Assembly (NCBI GenBank): GCA_032718475.1 | Contig: JAUCBJ010008561.1 | Coordinates: forward strand, 1-43,745 | Source: Nemertoderma westbladi | Taxonomy: Eukaryota; Animalia; Xenacoelomorpha | Length of the DNA stretch: 43,745 nucleotides | Reading direction: 5' to 3' | Shown here: positions 13,840 through 24,929 of the stretch, in pieces | How the letters are laid out: each line of letters opens with the position of its first letter | Position numbering within the stretch: position 1 is the stretch's first letter | The notes under the pieces: generated by a model | Databases searched by the model: none | Seen by the model: the letters and a program-made list of their open reading frames with translations, nothing else | Told to the model about the DNA's origin: nothing | Made by a program: the position numbers and the translations under genes

Positions 13840-16713
13840 ATGGCATCTCTAAATAATATAAAAATTGTATCATGGAATTGCAATTCCATAAAACATCCAA
13901 CATCGCAGAGAGTCATACAAGACTATTGCAATGCTGGTTGTGATATTATATTGCTGCAAGAACTTTGTATTCCTAAGCAGGAATTATCTTTGCTGTCCCA
14001 ATTACACCCACAATACTTAGGTAGTGGGGTGTCACCAGTATGCAATTCTGCCGGTATACTGTCTGGGCGTCCTTATGGTGGTGTAGCCATCCTGTATAAC
14101 AATAAAATTTCTCATGCTGTAGAAATTTTATCATTTCATAATGAGCGCTTCATTGGTGCGGTTGTTACACTTAGTAATATGGAAAAACTATTAGTAATTA
14201 ATGTGTACATGCCATATCAGTGTGAAGATAACGAAACATCGTATATAAGTTGTCTCGGTGATATTAAATCTATTTTTGAGGATGTAGCATTTACTTACTT
14301 GTGTGTAATAGGTGACTTCAATGCTCACCCTGACCCTAGCCGGTCATTTCACTTGTTTTTAACAGAATGGTGCAATAATGAAGGTCTACAAATATTTGAT
14401 ATCGGTAATTTACCATCCGACACATTTACGTATATAAGTGATGCTCACTTGACCACCTCATGGCTTGACCATGTTGTTTGCACTCCCTCTACAGGTAGTT
14501 TAATTGAATCCCTTTCAGTGGACTATGTATCTTCCATAAGGGATCACATGCCTATAATTGTTAATTTTTCTGTAACTGTGTGCGTCAGCCCCATTACACA
14601 GCCTGGCCCTGGTCGGCCCAACCCACACCAGCCCACTAAATTGAACTGGGCAGCCACCTCTCCAGAGTCCATTGATACTTTCAAGTATCGTGTGAAAACT
14701 AATCTTGATATGTATATAATTAACAACAATTTATTAAACTGTATGGACACTAAATGTTCGGTTCATAATGACGATATTGATATCTTGTACAATAGTGTTG
14801 TATCAATTTTAACTACTTGTGCTGTAGAATGTATTAAATCGAATCCCACTGTAAATTGTAACTCCACCCAGCGCCACATTCCAGGCTGGAATGACCTTGT
14901 GGAGGAGAAACACAGTGAGGCTCGATTAAAATTCCTGTGTTGGAGATCTTCTGGGTCTCCAAGGCAGGGGCAAATATTTTCTGATTACCTAAGTGCTAAG
15001 GCTAATTTTAAGCGTTCCCTTAGGGCGTGTAAACGTGAAGAGGATAATATCCGTAACGGTAAAATAGCGAATTCACTATTGTCTAGTGGTGCATCATCAA
15101 CCACGTTTTGGTCCAATGTGCACAAATGTTGTTCTAGTACAACTGTATTGCCTAATAAAGTGGGCGATGCTGTTGGTCCCAATCAAATTAGCGATCTGTG
15201 GAAGTCTCATTTTCACACTCTACTGAACTGCGTTAAGGACGATTCCGATAAGGAATTCGTTTCTGAAAAACTTATTGGAACTTCATTTCGTGCAGATTGC
15301 ATTGTTAGTAATAATGAAATTTTTGAAGCTATTAATAGCCTATCTATTGGAAAGGCTGTTGGCCCAGACGGGTTACAAGCTGAGCACTTGATTAATGGCT
15401 GCTGTGTATCGTTACTTGATATTTTGGCTGTGCTTATTAATAGTATTTTTGTTCATGGTTATATGCCATCACTCATGATGGAATCCATTATTGTTCCACT
15501 TATCAAAGATAAAACAGGTGACCATACTTGTAAGGACAATTACAGGGGCATTTCAATTGCAACAGGTTTGAGCAAACTTGTAGAAAGCGTTATTTTAGCG
15601 CGTAGTTTAGCGCTAATGTATACAACTGATAACCAGTTTGGTTTCAAATCCAAACTTGGAACGGAATATTGTATTTACACCCTTAAGGAGATCATAAACT
15701 TTTACCTTTCTAGCAACACTCCAGTATATGTGTGTATGCTTGACGCCAGTAAAGCGTTTGACCGTGTCAACCACTTTACCCTACTCCGTAAACTTATATT
15801 ACGAGGTTTTCCATTATATATAGTACGGCTAATTTTGTTTTGGTATCGATCCCAACTCATGTATGTTATGTGGGGTGGTATTTTTTCTGCCAAATTTATG
15901 GTGACTAATGGAACGAAACAGGGAGGTATACTCTCGCCGTTGCTGTATAATGTATATATTGACGATCTGAGTAAGGAGCTCACAGAGGCTGGTGTTGGTT
16001 GTTATGTCGACTGCATCAGATTGAACCATATATGTTATGCTGATGATATGTGCCTGATTTCGAATTCTATTTTCGGTTTACAACGGTTAATTGACATTGC
16101 CGTTAAATATGCTGATATTAATTCAATTATATTTAACACGAAAAAGTCTAAGTGTTTATACTTCCTCCCGAAAGGATCGTCAGTTATTCGGCGCCCTAAT
16201 GTGTTTCTGTATGGTGTTGCTATTGAAATTGTAAATAAATTCAATTATTTAGGCCATATTTTACATTGTACAATGGATGATGACTATGATATTCTTAACC
16301 AAACTTGTAAGTTATATTCTAGAGCTAATTTTATTATTAGGAAATTTAGCGGCTGTGCAAATAATGTAAAAGTGCAATTGTTCCGTGCATTCTGTACGCC
16401 GATTTATTGTAATGCCTTATGGGCTAGGCGTAATTACTCAGATCGTATCCACAGTAAACTTAAAGTAGCCTATAATAATTGTGCAAGGCGATTATTTGGG
16501 TTACCAAGAGTTACTGATGGACAGACATCGAGTATTTCACTAGCGCTCGGTATGTTGAATATACCATTATTTATACATATCAGATATAGATCAGTAATCA
16601 GTCTATTTGATCGTATAAACAAGATAGATAATACACTATTGCAAGCATTAAATACGGCAGTAGTTAAGATATCACGAATACGTGAAATGAAAGACCCTGT
16701 ATTTCTAACCTAA
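13840..16713 (+). CDS. LINE ORF2: APE endonuclease + reverse transcriptase
   Basis: APE motifs SWNCN, LLQE, GGVAIL, GDFN, WLDH, DHMP; RT motifs QFGF, LDASKAFDRV, GTKQGGILSPLLY, YADD, YLG. ATG at 13840. Confidence 0.97.
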   Translation: MASLNNIKIVSWNCNSIKHPTSQRVIQDYCNAGCDIILLQELCIPKQELSLLSQLHPQYLGSGVSPVCNSAGILSGRPYGGVAILYNNKISHAVEILSFHNERFIGAVVTLSNMEKLLVINVYMPYQCEDNETSYISCLGDIKSIFEDVAFTYLCVIGDFNAHPDPSRSFHLFLTEWCNNEGLQIFDIGNLPSDTFTYISDAHLTTSWLDHVVCTPSTGSLIESLSVDYVSSIRDHMPIIVNFSVTVCVSPITQPGPGRPNPHQPTKLNWAATSPESIDTFKYRVKTNLDMYIINNNLLNCMDTKCSVHNDDIDILYNSVVSILTTCAVECIKSNPTVNCNSTQRHIPGWNDLVEEKHSEARLKFLCWRSSGSPRQGQIFSDYLSAKANFKRSLRACKREEDNIRNGKIANSLLSSGASSTTFWSNVHKCCSSTTVLPNKVGDAVGPNQISDLWKSHFHTLLNCVKDDSDKEFVSEKLIGTSFRADCIVSNNEIFEAINSLSIGKAVGPDGLQAEHLINGCCVSLLDILAVLINSIFVHGYMPSLMMESIIVPLIKDKTGDHTCKDNYRGISIATGLSKLVESVILARSLALMYTTDNQFGFKSKLGTEYCIYTLKEIINFYLSSNTPVYVCMLDASKAFDRVNHFTLLRKLILRGFPLYIVRLILFWYRSQLMYVMWGGIFSAKFMVTNGTKQGGILSPLLYNVYIDDLSKELTEAGVGCYVDCIRLNHICYADDMCLISNSIFGLQRLIDIAVKYADINSIIFNTKKSKCLYFLPKGSSVIRRPNVFLYGVAIEIVNKFNYLGHILHCTMDDDYDILNQTCKLYSRANFIIRKFSGCANNVKVQLFRAFCTPIYCNALWARRNYSDRIHSKLKVAYNNCARRLFGLPRVTDGQTSSISLALGMLNIPLFIHIRYRSVISLFDRINKIDNTLLQALNTAVVKISRIREMKDPVFLT

Positions 16714-16875
16714 ATGTGTATAATCGCGAACAATATGAGTAAATAGTTATTGTTTTTCTTCTTTTTTCTTTTTTCTTTTTAATAATATATTCATAGAAGT
16801 TAGTTACCATGTTGTATGATATATATATTTTGTGATCATATATATTAAATAATTTTACTATGTGCAATTGCATGA

Positions 16876-16904
16876 AATAAAGAATATAATAATAATAATA
16901 ATAA
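16876..16904 (+). terminator. LINE polyadenylation-like signal and (TAA)6 tail
   Basis: AATAAA at 16876-16881; TAA x6 at 16887-16904. Confidence 0.8.
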
Positions 16905-17784
16905 CATCCTGTTATGGTTCTAAAGTCTACACTCAAACATACATCCTACAATCATACACCCTGTTATGGTTCTAAAGTCTACACTCAAACATACATCCTA
17001 TAATCTACAATCATACACCCTGTTATGGTTCTAAATTCTACACTCAAACATACATCCTACAATCATTCACCCTGTTATGGTTCTAAAGTCTACACTCAAA
17101 CATACATCCTACAATCATACATCCTGTTATGGTTCTAAAGTCTACACTCAAACATACTTCCTACAATCTACAATCATACACCCTGTTATGGTTCTAAAGT
17201 CTACACTCAAACATACATCCTACAATCTACAATCATACATCCTGTTATGGTTCTAAAGTCTACACTCAAACATACATCCTACAATCTACAATCATACATC
17301 CTGTTATGGTTCTAAAGTCTACACTCAAACATACATCCTACAATCATACATCCTGTTATGGTTCTAAAGTCTACACTCAAACATACATCCTACAATCATA
17401 CACCCTGTTATGGTTCTAAAGTCTACACTCAAACATACATCCTACAATCATACACCCTGTTATGGTTCTAAAGTCTACACTCAAACATACATCCTATAAT
17501 CTACAATCATACACCCTGTTATGGTTCTAAATTCTACACTCAAACATACATCCTACAATCATTCACCCTGTTATGGTTCTAAAGTCTACACTCAAACATA
17601 CATCCTACAATCATACATCCTGTTATGGTTCTAAAGTCTACACTCAAACATACTTCCTACAATCTACAATCATACATCCTGTTATGGTTCTAAAGTCTAC
17701 ACTCAAACATACATCCTACAATCATACACCCTGTTATGGTTCTAAAGTCTACACTCAAACATACATCCTACAATCATACATCCT
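16905..17784. repeat. 52-bp satellite, distal block
   Basis: Same unit, with the same diagnostic variants (aaattct, attcacc, cctataatc) as 10750-12060. Confidence 0.99.
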
Positions 17785-18474
17785 TGTAAGAGCGATTGCT
17801 ATGCTCTTGTGTACAACACAATAAGATGATCTATGTGATTGTAATATGTTCAACTATAGATGGATTTCACCCAGTTTACACGGTTACGTCCCATAAAGAA
17901 GAATAATTTGTTTATTTGATTGGCAATTAGGAGCATATTTATTATAGAAAATATATAAGATAATAATATACGATTATAAGCGGTAAGGGGGTAATAAGAT
18001 AACGGAAACATAAGAACATTAATACATAATAAGAGATCTAATAATATAAACGTAAAATATCGTAAGAGTCAAGAATACAATGTAATAAAGAGTGTTAATA
18101 GGGGGAGTTTCCATTTGGGAAACTGCGGAATGAGACCAACTATAGTGAATGAGTAATGTTGAGCTCAGTAAGCTGTAGAAATACAGTGAAGTAATAATAG
18201 GGGTGACAGTGTGGTGGGCCTTGATTGGTTAATGGGTAATAAAGGATTGTAGCGCAGTGGAGATACCTACCTAATATAGCTGAACAGGAGTGCAGGGAAG
18301 AATACAGCTGTTTATCTGTATAGGATAAACGGCTGTGAATGGGGGCAGCCAATAATGGTCGAATGAGTATATTGGAGATGAGATGGATATTGGTTTGCAA
18401 CAATAAGCTGGGAGAATGGGCGGTAATGTAATGATAATATATTTTTTATTGTTTGAGAGAGACCCGCCACTACA
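17785..18474 (-). repeat. Putative 3' LTR (~690 bp)
   Basis: On the minus strand it starts TGTAG right after the purine tract AAGGGGGAC (18483-18475) and ends TTACA exactly at the satellite junction. The partner LTR is not in the window. Confidence 0.65.
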
Positions 18475-18644
18475 GTCCCCCTTAAAAATTTTCAAATTTT
18501 TACACGATATCTGGGTTTCCTCAAAACATCTTAAAAATTTCAAATAATCGAAGGAACATCTTGTCCCACTCAAATAATATTAATCTATGGCCTTTATATT
18601 TTACCTCGGTGGACGAACAGGACATACAAAACAACGATTACACA

Positions 18645-18820
18645 CAGGACATACATTTAAAAGTATGGGTAAACCATACGAATGACAGATAAACATAAAG
18701 GATACATATATGACGTACATTTAAAAGTATGGAGTTGCCATACGAGTGAAACAGACGTACAGAAGACAACACATATAACACGGAGGACAAACATTTAAAA
18801 GTATGGATATACCATACAAA
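18645..18820. repeat. Three degenerate ~65-75 bp repeats in the BEL 3' UTR
   Basis: ACATTTAAAAGTATGG...CCATAC occurs three times. Confidence 0.7.
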
Positions 18821-19452
18821 GGAGATAAGAAGCTCCTTGGTATCTAAAGGGTCATTGAAGGTCAAAGATTAACATTATTAATACAATACTTAAGGAAGGT
18901 AATTTGTTCAGTAATGTATTTGACGAAGTTAAGATACGTGTAATATCCCAATAATGTATCGTCAATTTTGTAAAATTAAGTTAAAATTGTTTATAATATA
19001 TCTCATCTTAAGGACACTATGTAAATAGGAAACGATAAACAATTATGACACAATGATTTAGGATTATAGATTAGGTTGTTAGGAGTGTGGTGATAGATTA
19101 GTTAGAATAACTACTATAGGGTGAATAAATTCAAAATACTTATGAATTACACCACTACATTACATAATTTACAATGTACCATGTAAGCTCGACCATCACC
19201 AACGGTTAATACTTAATCTCTTTAACAATGGATCTCTAGTTATCATTTTATAGTTCGTTGCTTATAGTTCCATTTAACCGAGTTCAATATTCATCCTTCA
19301 GTGGAAGTCAACAAAGATGTGGACGACCATCACATCACACCCAGGAATTTTGGTAGCCAAAACCTAAAAGGAAATTAGAGAAATTATTTTGCTATTTGAT
19401 AAGTATACAAAGTATGGTTTATTAGTTAATTAATTTTAGTAGTAGTTTATTG

Positions 19453-19573
19453 TTACTTAATTATTTCCTCTAAGAGGCATAGTTTATCAAGTGGTCTTTT
19501 GTAAACTCCCAAGGAGGTTTTTACTTCAACTGATCTAATTAACCCCACATGATCAGGGTATACTTGCGTTATA
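19453..19573 (-). pseudogene. C-terminal remnant of BEL/Pao Pol (DUF5641-like)
   Basis: Manual translation ITQVYPDHVGLIRSVEVKTSLGVYKRPLDKLCLLEEIIK* matches the VRSV.VKT..G...RP..KL motif that ends BEL Pol. Confidence 0.8.
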
Positions 19574-21465
19574 TACTATTTATTTCATTGTCACTTACAG
19601 ATAGGATGTACAATACTGTACCGTAGGCCACTTTAGTGGCGTCTGGAAAAATATGTAACTGGTAGTTGATTGGACCCGAATGGACGGGGATGTACATCCT
19701 AGGTATTTCCAGTTCGCTGAACAAAGGGAGTTGATCTCGCCACTTCATCCATTGACGTGTTGTATCTGGTGGGAGTGGGGTATCACAGTCTAATTCCATT
19801 GACCACATTTTTGCTATAACTAATCGACCTGCTATGATTAAAGGTAAGATAAAGTTAATGGGATCGTACGATCGTTTGCGAACATAACCCTTCACGACAT
19901 AATCGTCTATTTTTTGTTGATAAAGGGCACGGATTTGTGGCTGACCATGTAGCTGACGGATTAAATATGCGAAACGAGATTTTGCCATATTATAATTGAC
20001 ACCACTTGATACTACAGTGGGGTCACCTGCAATGGAGATAGAAGATCTATCATTAGGGTTCATGGATGTAATACCCGATAGTGCAGAATTAGGAGCATTT
20101 CTATCGAAATATACTGGACCATTGTGTCCCCCCATGGCATATTGTACATGATTTGAATTAGGAGCATTTACTGCAGACTGACCAACAGAGATTGAACTAG
20201 CAGTTACAGATGCTACAGGATTACATAAAAATCCAGGAGTCTCACTGTATTGATACTGTAGGCCAGTGGTACTATATGGGAAATATTGTCCCTCATCATA
20301 TAAGTTTTGTCCTCCCATGGCAAATGATGGGACGTGAGATATATTATGGGTATTGTATATCGCAGAAGAGGCAAACTTGGGGCGCCTCTCTTGTGCAGAT
20401 TGACCCGGAACATTGATGGGACATGATGGGACACTTTGACCTATGGGGTGGGAAGGGTGGGGGAATTGTCCCCCTATGGGGTATGTTGAAACATATATAG
20501 ATGGACATGTAAGGCTATTTACATCAAGAGATGTAAATGCCACAGGCTCCTCTTGACTATATTGTTCCCGGCTGGTAGTAAGATAGGATGGCACATATTG
20601 TCCTCCAGAAGTATAGGATGAATAAATGCATTGTCCGGCCGAGGAACTTCTAGGATATCTCTGAGAATACTGACTTAAGGAAGATGCAGTATTAAAAGGC
20701 GATGTTGGGTGTATAAAGAGACCAGTTGTACAAAAATTACCTAGTGGGATAATTTCAGAAACTCTACTATTAATTAGCGCACTAGTGGGTCTTATAGGAG
20801 ACGTAAGAGAAAAAATTGGAAGTTGAGATGACACTACTGACGTTGTTTCTACAGTGACAGGGTAGGAATCAGATTGACTAGACTGCAGATTATTTTGTGC
20901 TGATTCATAGGAATCTGAGGCACTCACATTAACAGGTAGGCCCGTGGTTGCTATGGCAACAGGGTCGACTGGAGACTCTGATTGGTTCCTTGTATTAACA
21001 GTCACATTATTGTTAAGATTACTTTCAGTTTGTACACCAATTGGTACGTCATACGTGGGAGATCTTTTTGGTGATTGTAATAGCGCAGGAGCTACATAAT
21101 CTGCTTCTGCTTCTCCAAATTCAGGTGATTTCAACTCTAAAGCTTCTTCAAGTGCTGCAAGTGCAAGAGCATCGCGTAGGCCACGTTCCTTTGCCAAGCG
21201 AGTAATTTCTTTCTGTTGCCGCTCTGATTTTTGTAATATCAATGTGTCAGCCTGATCTGCCTGAGCAGCTGCTCCTGACTGCTCGAGCTGTAGCAGGAGT
21301 AATTTTCGCTTGACTTTGGCACGATGAACTCTAACTGATGCACTCGTCGAGGCTCGAGAATGTGCTGTAGAACCAGAGTGAGTTGAAATTATTCGATTAC
21401 GTTTGAGCTCGCCAACTTGCAATTGTTCATGAGATGATACATACTGTGGAACATCTGAAGACACA
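19569..21465 (-). pseudogene. Mosaic BEL/Pao gag-pol ORF lacking Gag core, protease, RT and integrase
   Basis: Ser-rich/coiled-coil start, then the pre-RT motif NYNMAKSRF...Y...IDDYVVKGY joined directly to the Pao RNase H/A17 motifs YDPI...W...IPR...LHIFPDATKVAYG. The first ~34 aa of the listed ORF are TIR read-through. Confidence 0.8.
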
Positions 21466-21896
21466 AGTAGTAGGGTCTTCCTCCTCTCTGTGACAGTTGG
21501 ACCTAACTGACACCCATTGGGTGTCATATGACACCCAATTATCACCCTATGGGTGTCATTGGGTGTCATTGGCGCCAGACTGTCTGGGTGACACCTCCCA
21601 ATTAGGCTAATTAGACCCTAATTGACAGGTGTCATCAATTAATTAGTATAATTAAACCCTAACAGGTGTCATATGACTCCTAATTAGGGTTTAATTGATT
21701 ATCCTAATTAATCAGACTGATTAGCGCCCTGACACACAATGGGTCATCAGTGATGTCCAACTGTCGCAGAGAAGGGGGAAGAGGGTGTCATAAGTGACAC
21801 CGCAGCTCTTTTATTCATTAATACCTATTTATTTATATTTAATTTTAATTAATTATTTGTACTTTATTTTACTTTATTTATTCATTTGTACTTTAT
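21466..21896 (+). repeat. Left terminal inverted repeat
   Basis: Reverse complement of 27783-28213; no mismatch noticed by eye. Confidence 0.95.
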
Positions 21897-22499
21897 TTTA
21901 AATTAATTAATTGTTTATATTACTTTTACTTTATACATTGATTTCTATTTTTAGATTAATTAGTTTTTATATTACCAACGAGATCACTATGACATAATAT
22001 CTATTTTTAACTTTATAATGGCTATGGTATACGGCTCCCTACTGGCAACTATCAACTACGTTCATCGGCGGGGGGCCCCTCCTCTGCCATCATTATTCAT
22101 TAACTAGATACAACAGGCAGTGAATCTACACGTATACCCCAAGGCAAATATAAATGAGCGATCCCGTCTGTTAGCAGTCCCTTCGATGACTCACTAATAA
22201 TCCCATCGCGGCCTTGACTACAGCAAATCCCTATGTCGCCCAAGGCTAATGCTCTAGCGGCCCTCCATTGTTCCCACTATAGCCGACGTCGCTTTGTCCC
22301 TTTCCTATATCCAGGCAGCCCCTATCATAACAATGAAGCGCCTCTAATCACGCATTCCTCTCTACTAATCCCTTTCCTTTGCACCAGACCTGCTTCTGTT
22401 ATACAGCCAACTCAATATAATTAGTCAAGATGCTTACAAGAGTTTTCTAATAGATTCATCAACACGAGAAGTTGCCCTGGTAACCGCTTATGCATGAAC

Positions 22500-22620
22500 A
22501 GCCAATCAGCGGGCTTCATTTCTGCTGCTGCGCTCTGATTGGCTCATTTAAGAGACAAGGGCCTCCCCTACTAACCGAATTACTATTTAATAAGTCCCCA
22601 CCAATTTATTAGATCATTAT
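22500..22620 (+). promoter_or_regulatory. Putative Pol II promoter: two opposed CCAAT boxes, TATA-like box, Inr
   Basis: AGCCAATCAG at 22500, CTGATTGGCT at 22535, TATTTAATAA at 22584, and TCATT at 22614 about 30 bp after the TATA. Confidence 0.5.
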
Positions 22621-22741
22621 TTCAATTGCAAGTTACGATTAACATCATTTACCATTATTTTGTTTTCGAATTTAATATTATTTATTTAAGAATATTTATT
22701 TGTTATCATCAGTCAACAACCCACTTGTAGAGTTGTATTAT

Positions 22742-23552
22742 TGTCATTTCGCCGCGTTTTCGCTCATCGTCGACAACAAACTTTCCGCGTATCCACCGCG
22801 TAATATTTCAATATTTCTAATTTCCGATACCATTCCGTTCTATCGGTTGATAAACTCTCTCGTCGTCCACGTCAACCAACTTCCTCATCGCCACCGAACT
22901 TCCAAACTTCTTCTTTCCGTGAATATTTACTAACACCGTAAGTAAAATCTGCCTTCCATCTAGCTATACTTTCGACGCCGCTAGCAAACAATTTACATTT
23001 AATGTCTACCGGTACAACAGTATTGCAGTAGGCTCATTATTAATTACTGTCAGACTGCGGTGGTACCGATAGCCTAAACCGTGATCGAAGCATTCGATCA
23101 ATAGGCTTACATCCGCCTATCTGCTTACAGTATTTTTTATCTTTTTACAAATAATCATCTTATTTTTCTAGTATCATTTCGCCGTGCTATTGCTCATCGT
23201 CGACAACAAACTTTCCGCATATCCGCCGCGTAATATTCCATTATTTCTAATTTCCGATATCATTCCGTTCTATCGATTAATAAACTCTCTCGTCGTCCAC
23301 GTCAACCAACTTCTTCGCGAACATCCAAACTTCTTCTTTCCGTGAATATTTACTAATACCGTAAGTAAAATCTGCCTTCCACCATCTGACGGTACTATCG
23401 ATGCCGCTAGCAAACAATTTACATTTATTATCTACCAGTACAACAGTATTGCAGTAGGCTCACTATTAATTACTGTCAGACTGCGGTGGTACCGATAGCC
23501 TAAACCATGATCGAAGCATTCGCTCATTAGGCCTAAATGTGTCTATCTGCTT
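22742..23552 (+). repeat. ~430-bp diverged tandem duplication of an apparent non-coding exon-intron unit
   Basis: 22742-23171 aligns with 23172 onward; GTAAGT donors at 22938 and 23361; homologous ...TATTTTTCTAG acceptors ending at 23171 and 24065. Confidence 0.8.
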
Positions 23553-24072
23553 GTCTACCCAACTACCGGTACCGCATCATTCGAGTTAGCCTAGTGCCAC
23601 TGTAGTAACGATATAGACCCTACTGAACAACAATGAATACTGCAGTTTTCACTATATATCCTACTGACTAACTGAGATCTCACACAGCGATTAGCTAAGC
23701 CTATCGTTGATTTCTATTGGTTAACGCTACCGGTACGTCTGACTTGTAGCAGACTATATCACTAGCACTACTGCACTGACTGACTGCTGTTTATAGACCC
23801 TCTTTCCACGAATAATAACTGCCATCGCTATTGTGTCTTGGTTATCGCCACTATCTGACCGCTGGTACACTAACACTACCACACTAGACACTGCCGACTG
23901 TCTGCTTTATGTTTCACTGACTGATTGCTACAATACAGCAATAGGCCTAACTATACAAACACAGTATTGTTGCCTAGTAACCGATTAATATCCACTGTTT
24001 TACTTTATTTTTAGCACGTATACAGTATTTTTTATTTTTTATAAATAATCAACGTATTTTTCTAGATTCAAG

Positions 24073-24909
24073 ATGCCAAGATCAACAAATAAAGTTAGCT
24101 GTCCCATCTGCGACAAAGAGATGCGGAGTGATAATCTAAAATCCCATATTAAAACTCATTTCGTGCAATATCGATGCGACTGCTGTCCGACTTGGTCTTC
24201 GGAAAAGAAGACGCTGGTTGGCCATCTTGCTTCGTGTCCTCAGGGGGGAACAGGATTTAGTTACGTAAACGAGCCAGCCGATTGCCGCTGCGGGGATTCG
24301 CTCACCCTGTCATCCTTTTCTGAGCATGAATGCTACACTCGACTTTTTTCGCGGAAACGCAAAACTCCGACTACCTCCCACTCATCCCCCATCAACTCTA
24401 CTCCAGAACAAGTCGGCGGCGGCGGCTCCAATAATGAACCTTCAACTTCGCGAGATTCTATTTCCCCAAACAATCCATTTCAACCCCCCTCCAACGGAAG
24501 CGCACACGGACGACTGTTTACCTATAACAACGACCTCACAGAAACAAGACTCGATGCTGAATTAACATTAAACGAAAATTTTCCACACATTCAAGAACAC
24601 GTTAGTAGCCATTTACGTAGTGCCATGGGAACTTTTTTAAGAGTCTGGCTTACAATCAACATCGTAATGGAGCGTGAAACGAGCGAGGGATTTCAAATTG
24701 AATCTTTCTGTTTTAAATCTAGCGGTAACAATAATCAAATTCTAAATAATAGCGACTTTAATAACTGGTTTTCTAGCGCCGTCAATCGTATCGATCAACT
24801 GTTAAGCGTGTTTCTCTGCCTCGGCTCGGGTTGGCGCATAATAGCCATCGAGCGAATAACTATTGAGATTGCATGTTCCCAACGCAACCCCTATTTAACG
24901 GGTCAATAG
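24073..24909 (+). CDS. Zinc-finger protein fused to a domain resembling the N-terminal (GSGW) region of Polinton protein-primed PolB
   Basis: CPICDKEMRSDNLKSHIKTH (C2H2), further C/H clusters, basic RKRK, then LRVWLTINIVMER...FKS...IDQLLSVFLCLGSGWRIIAIERITIEI. Confidence 0.75.
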   Translation: MPRSTNKVSCPICDKEMRSDNLKSHIKTHFVQYRCDCCPTWSSEKKTLVGHLASCPQGGTGFSYVNEPADCRCGDSLTLSSFSEHECYTRLFSRKRKTPTTSHSSPINSTPEQVGGGGSNNEPSTSRDSISPNNPFQPPSNGSAHGRLFTYNNDLTETRLDAELTLNENFPHIQEHVSSHLRSAMGTFLRVWLTINIVMERETSEGFQIESFCFKSSGNNNQILNNSDFNNWFSSAVNRIDQLLSVFLCLGSGWRIIAIERITIEIACSQRNPYLTGQ

Positions 24910-24929
24910 GATTTAATTTTAATTTCTAG

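Larger units (their letters stand above)
12067..16904 (+). mobile_element. Full-length or near full-length non-LTR retrotransposon (LINE), CR1/L2 group, inserted in the satellite
   Basis: Two intact ORFs (ORF1, APE-RT), 3' UTR with AATAAA and a (TAA)6 tail; the satellite continues in register on both sides. Confidence 0.95.
17785..21465 (-). mobile_element. BEL/Pao LTR retrotransposon remnant: internally deleted and 5'-truncated
   Basis: BEL-type pol fragments, a polypurine tract and a TG...CA-bounded LTR; cut off at 21465 by a TIR. Confidence 0.8.

Noticed and set aside
13276-16936. Antisense and overlapping short ORFs in the LINE (similarly in the BEL ORFs)
   Set aside because: Shadow frames of long coding sequences with no recognisable motifs.
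21466-21569. N-terminus MTPNDTHRV... of the 666-aa ORF as a real start
   Set aside because: It lies inside the TIR and is chance read-through into a truncated BEL ORF.
22531-22546. 16-bp identity (CGCTCTGATTGGCTCA) with the LTR at about 36635 as evidence of sequence exchange
   Set aside because: It is mostly the NF-Y/CCAAT consensus, so convergence is sufficient.
22233-22933. 63-aa and 77-aa ORFs in the TIR element
   Set aside because: No motifs; the second has a TTG start and its duplicate copy does not keep the frame, which fits a non-coding leader.
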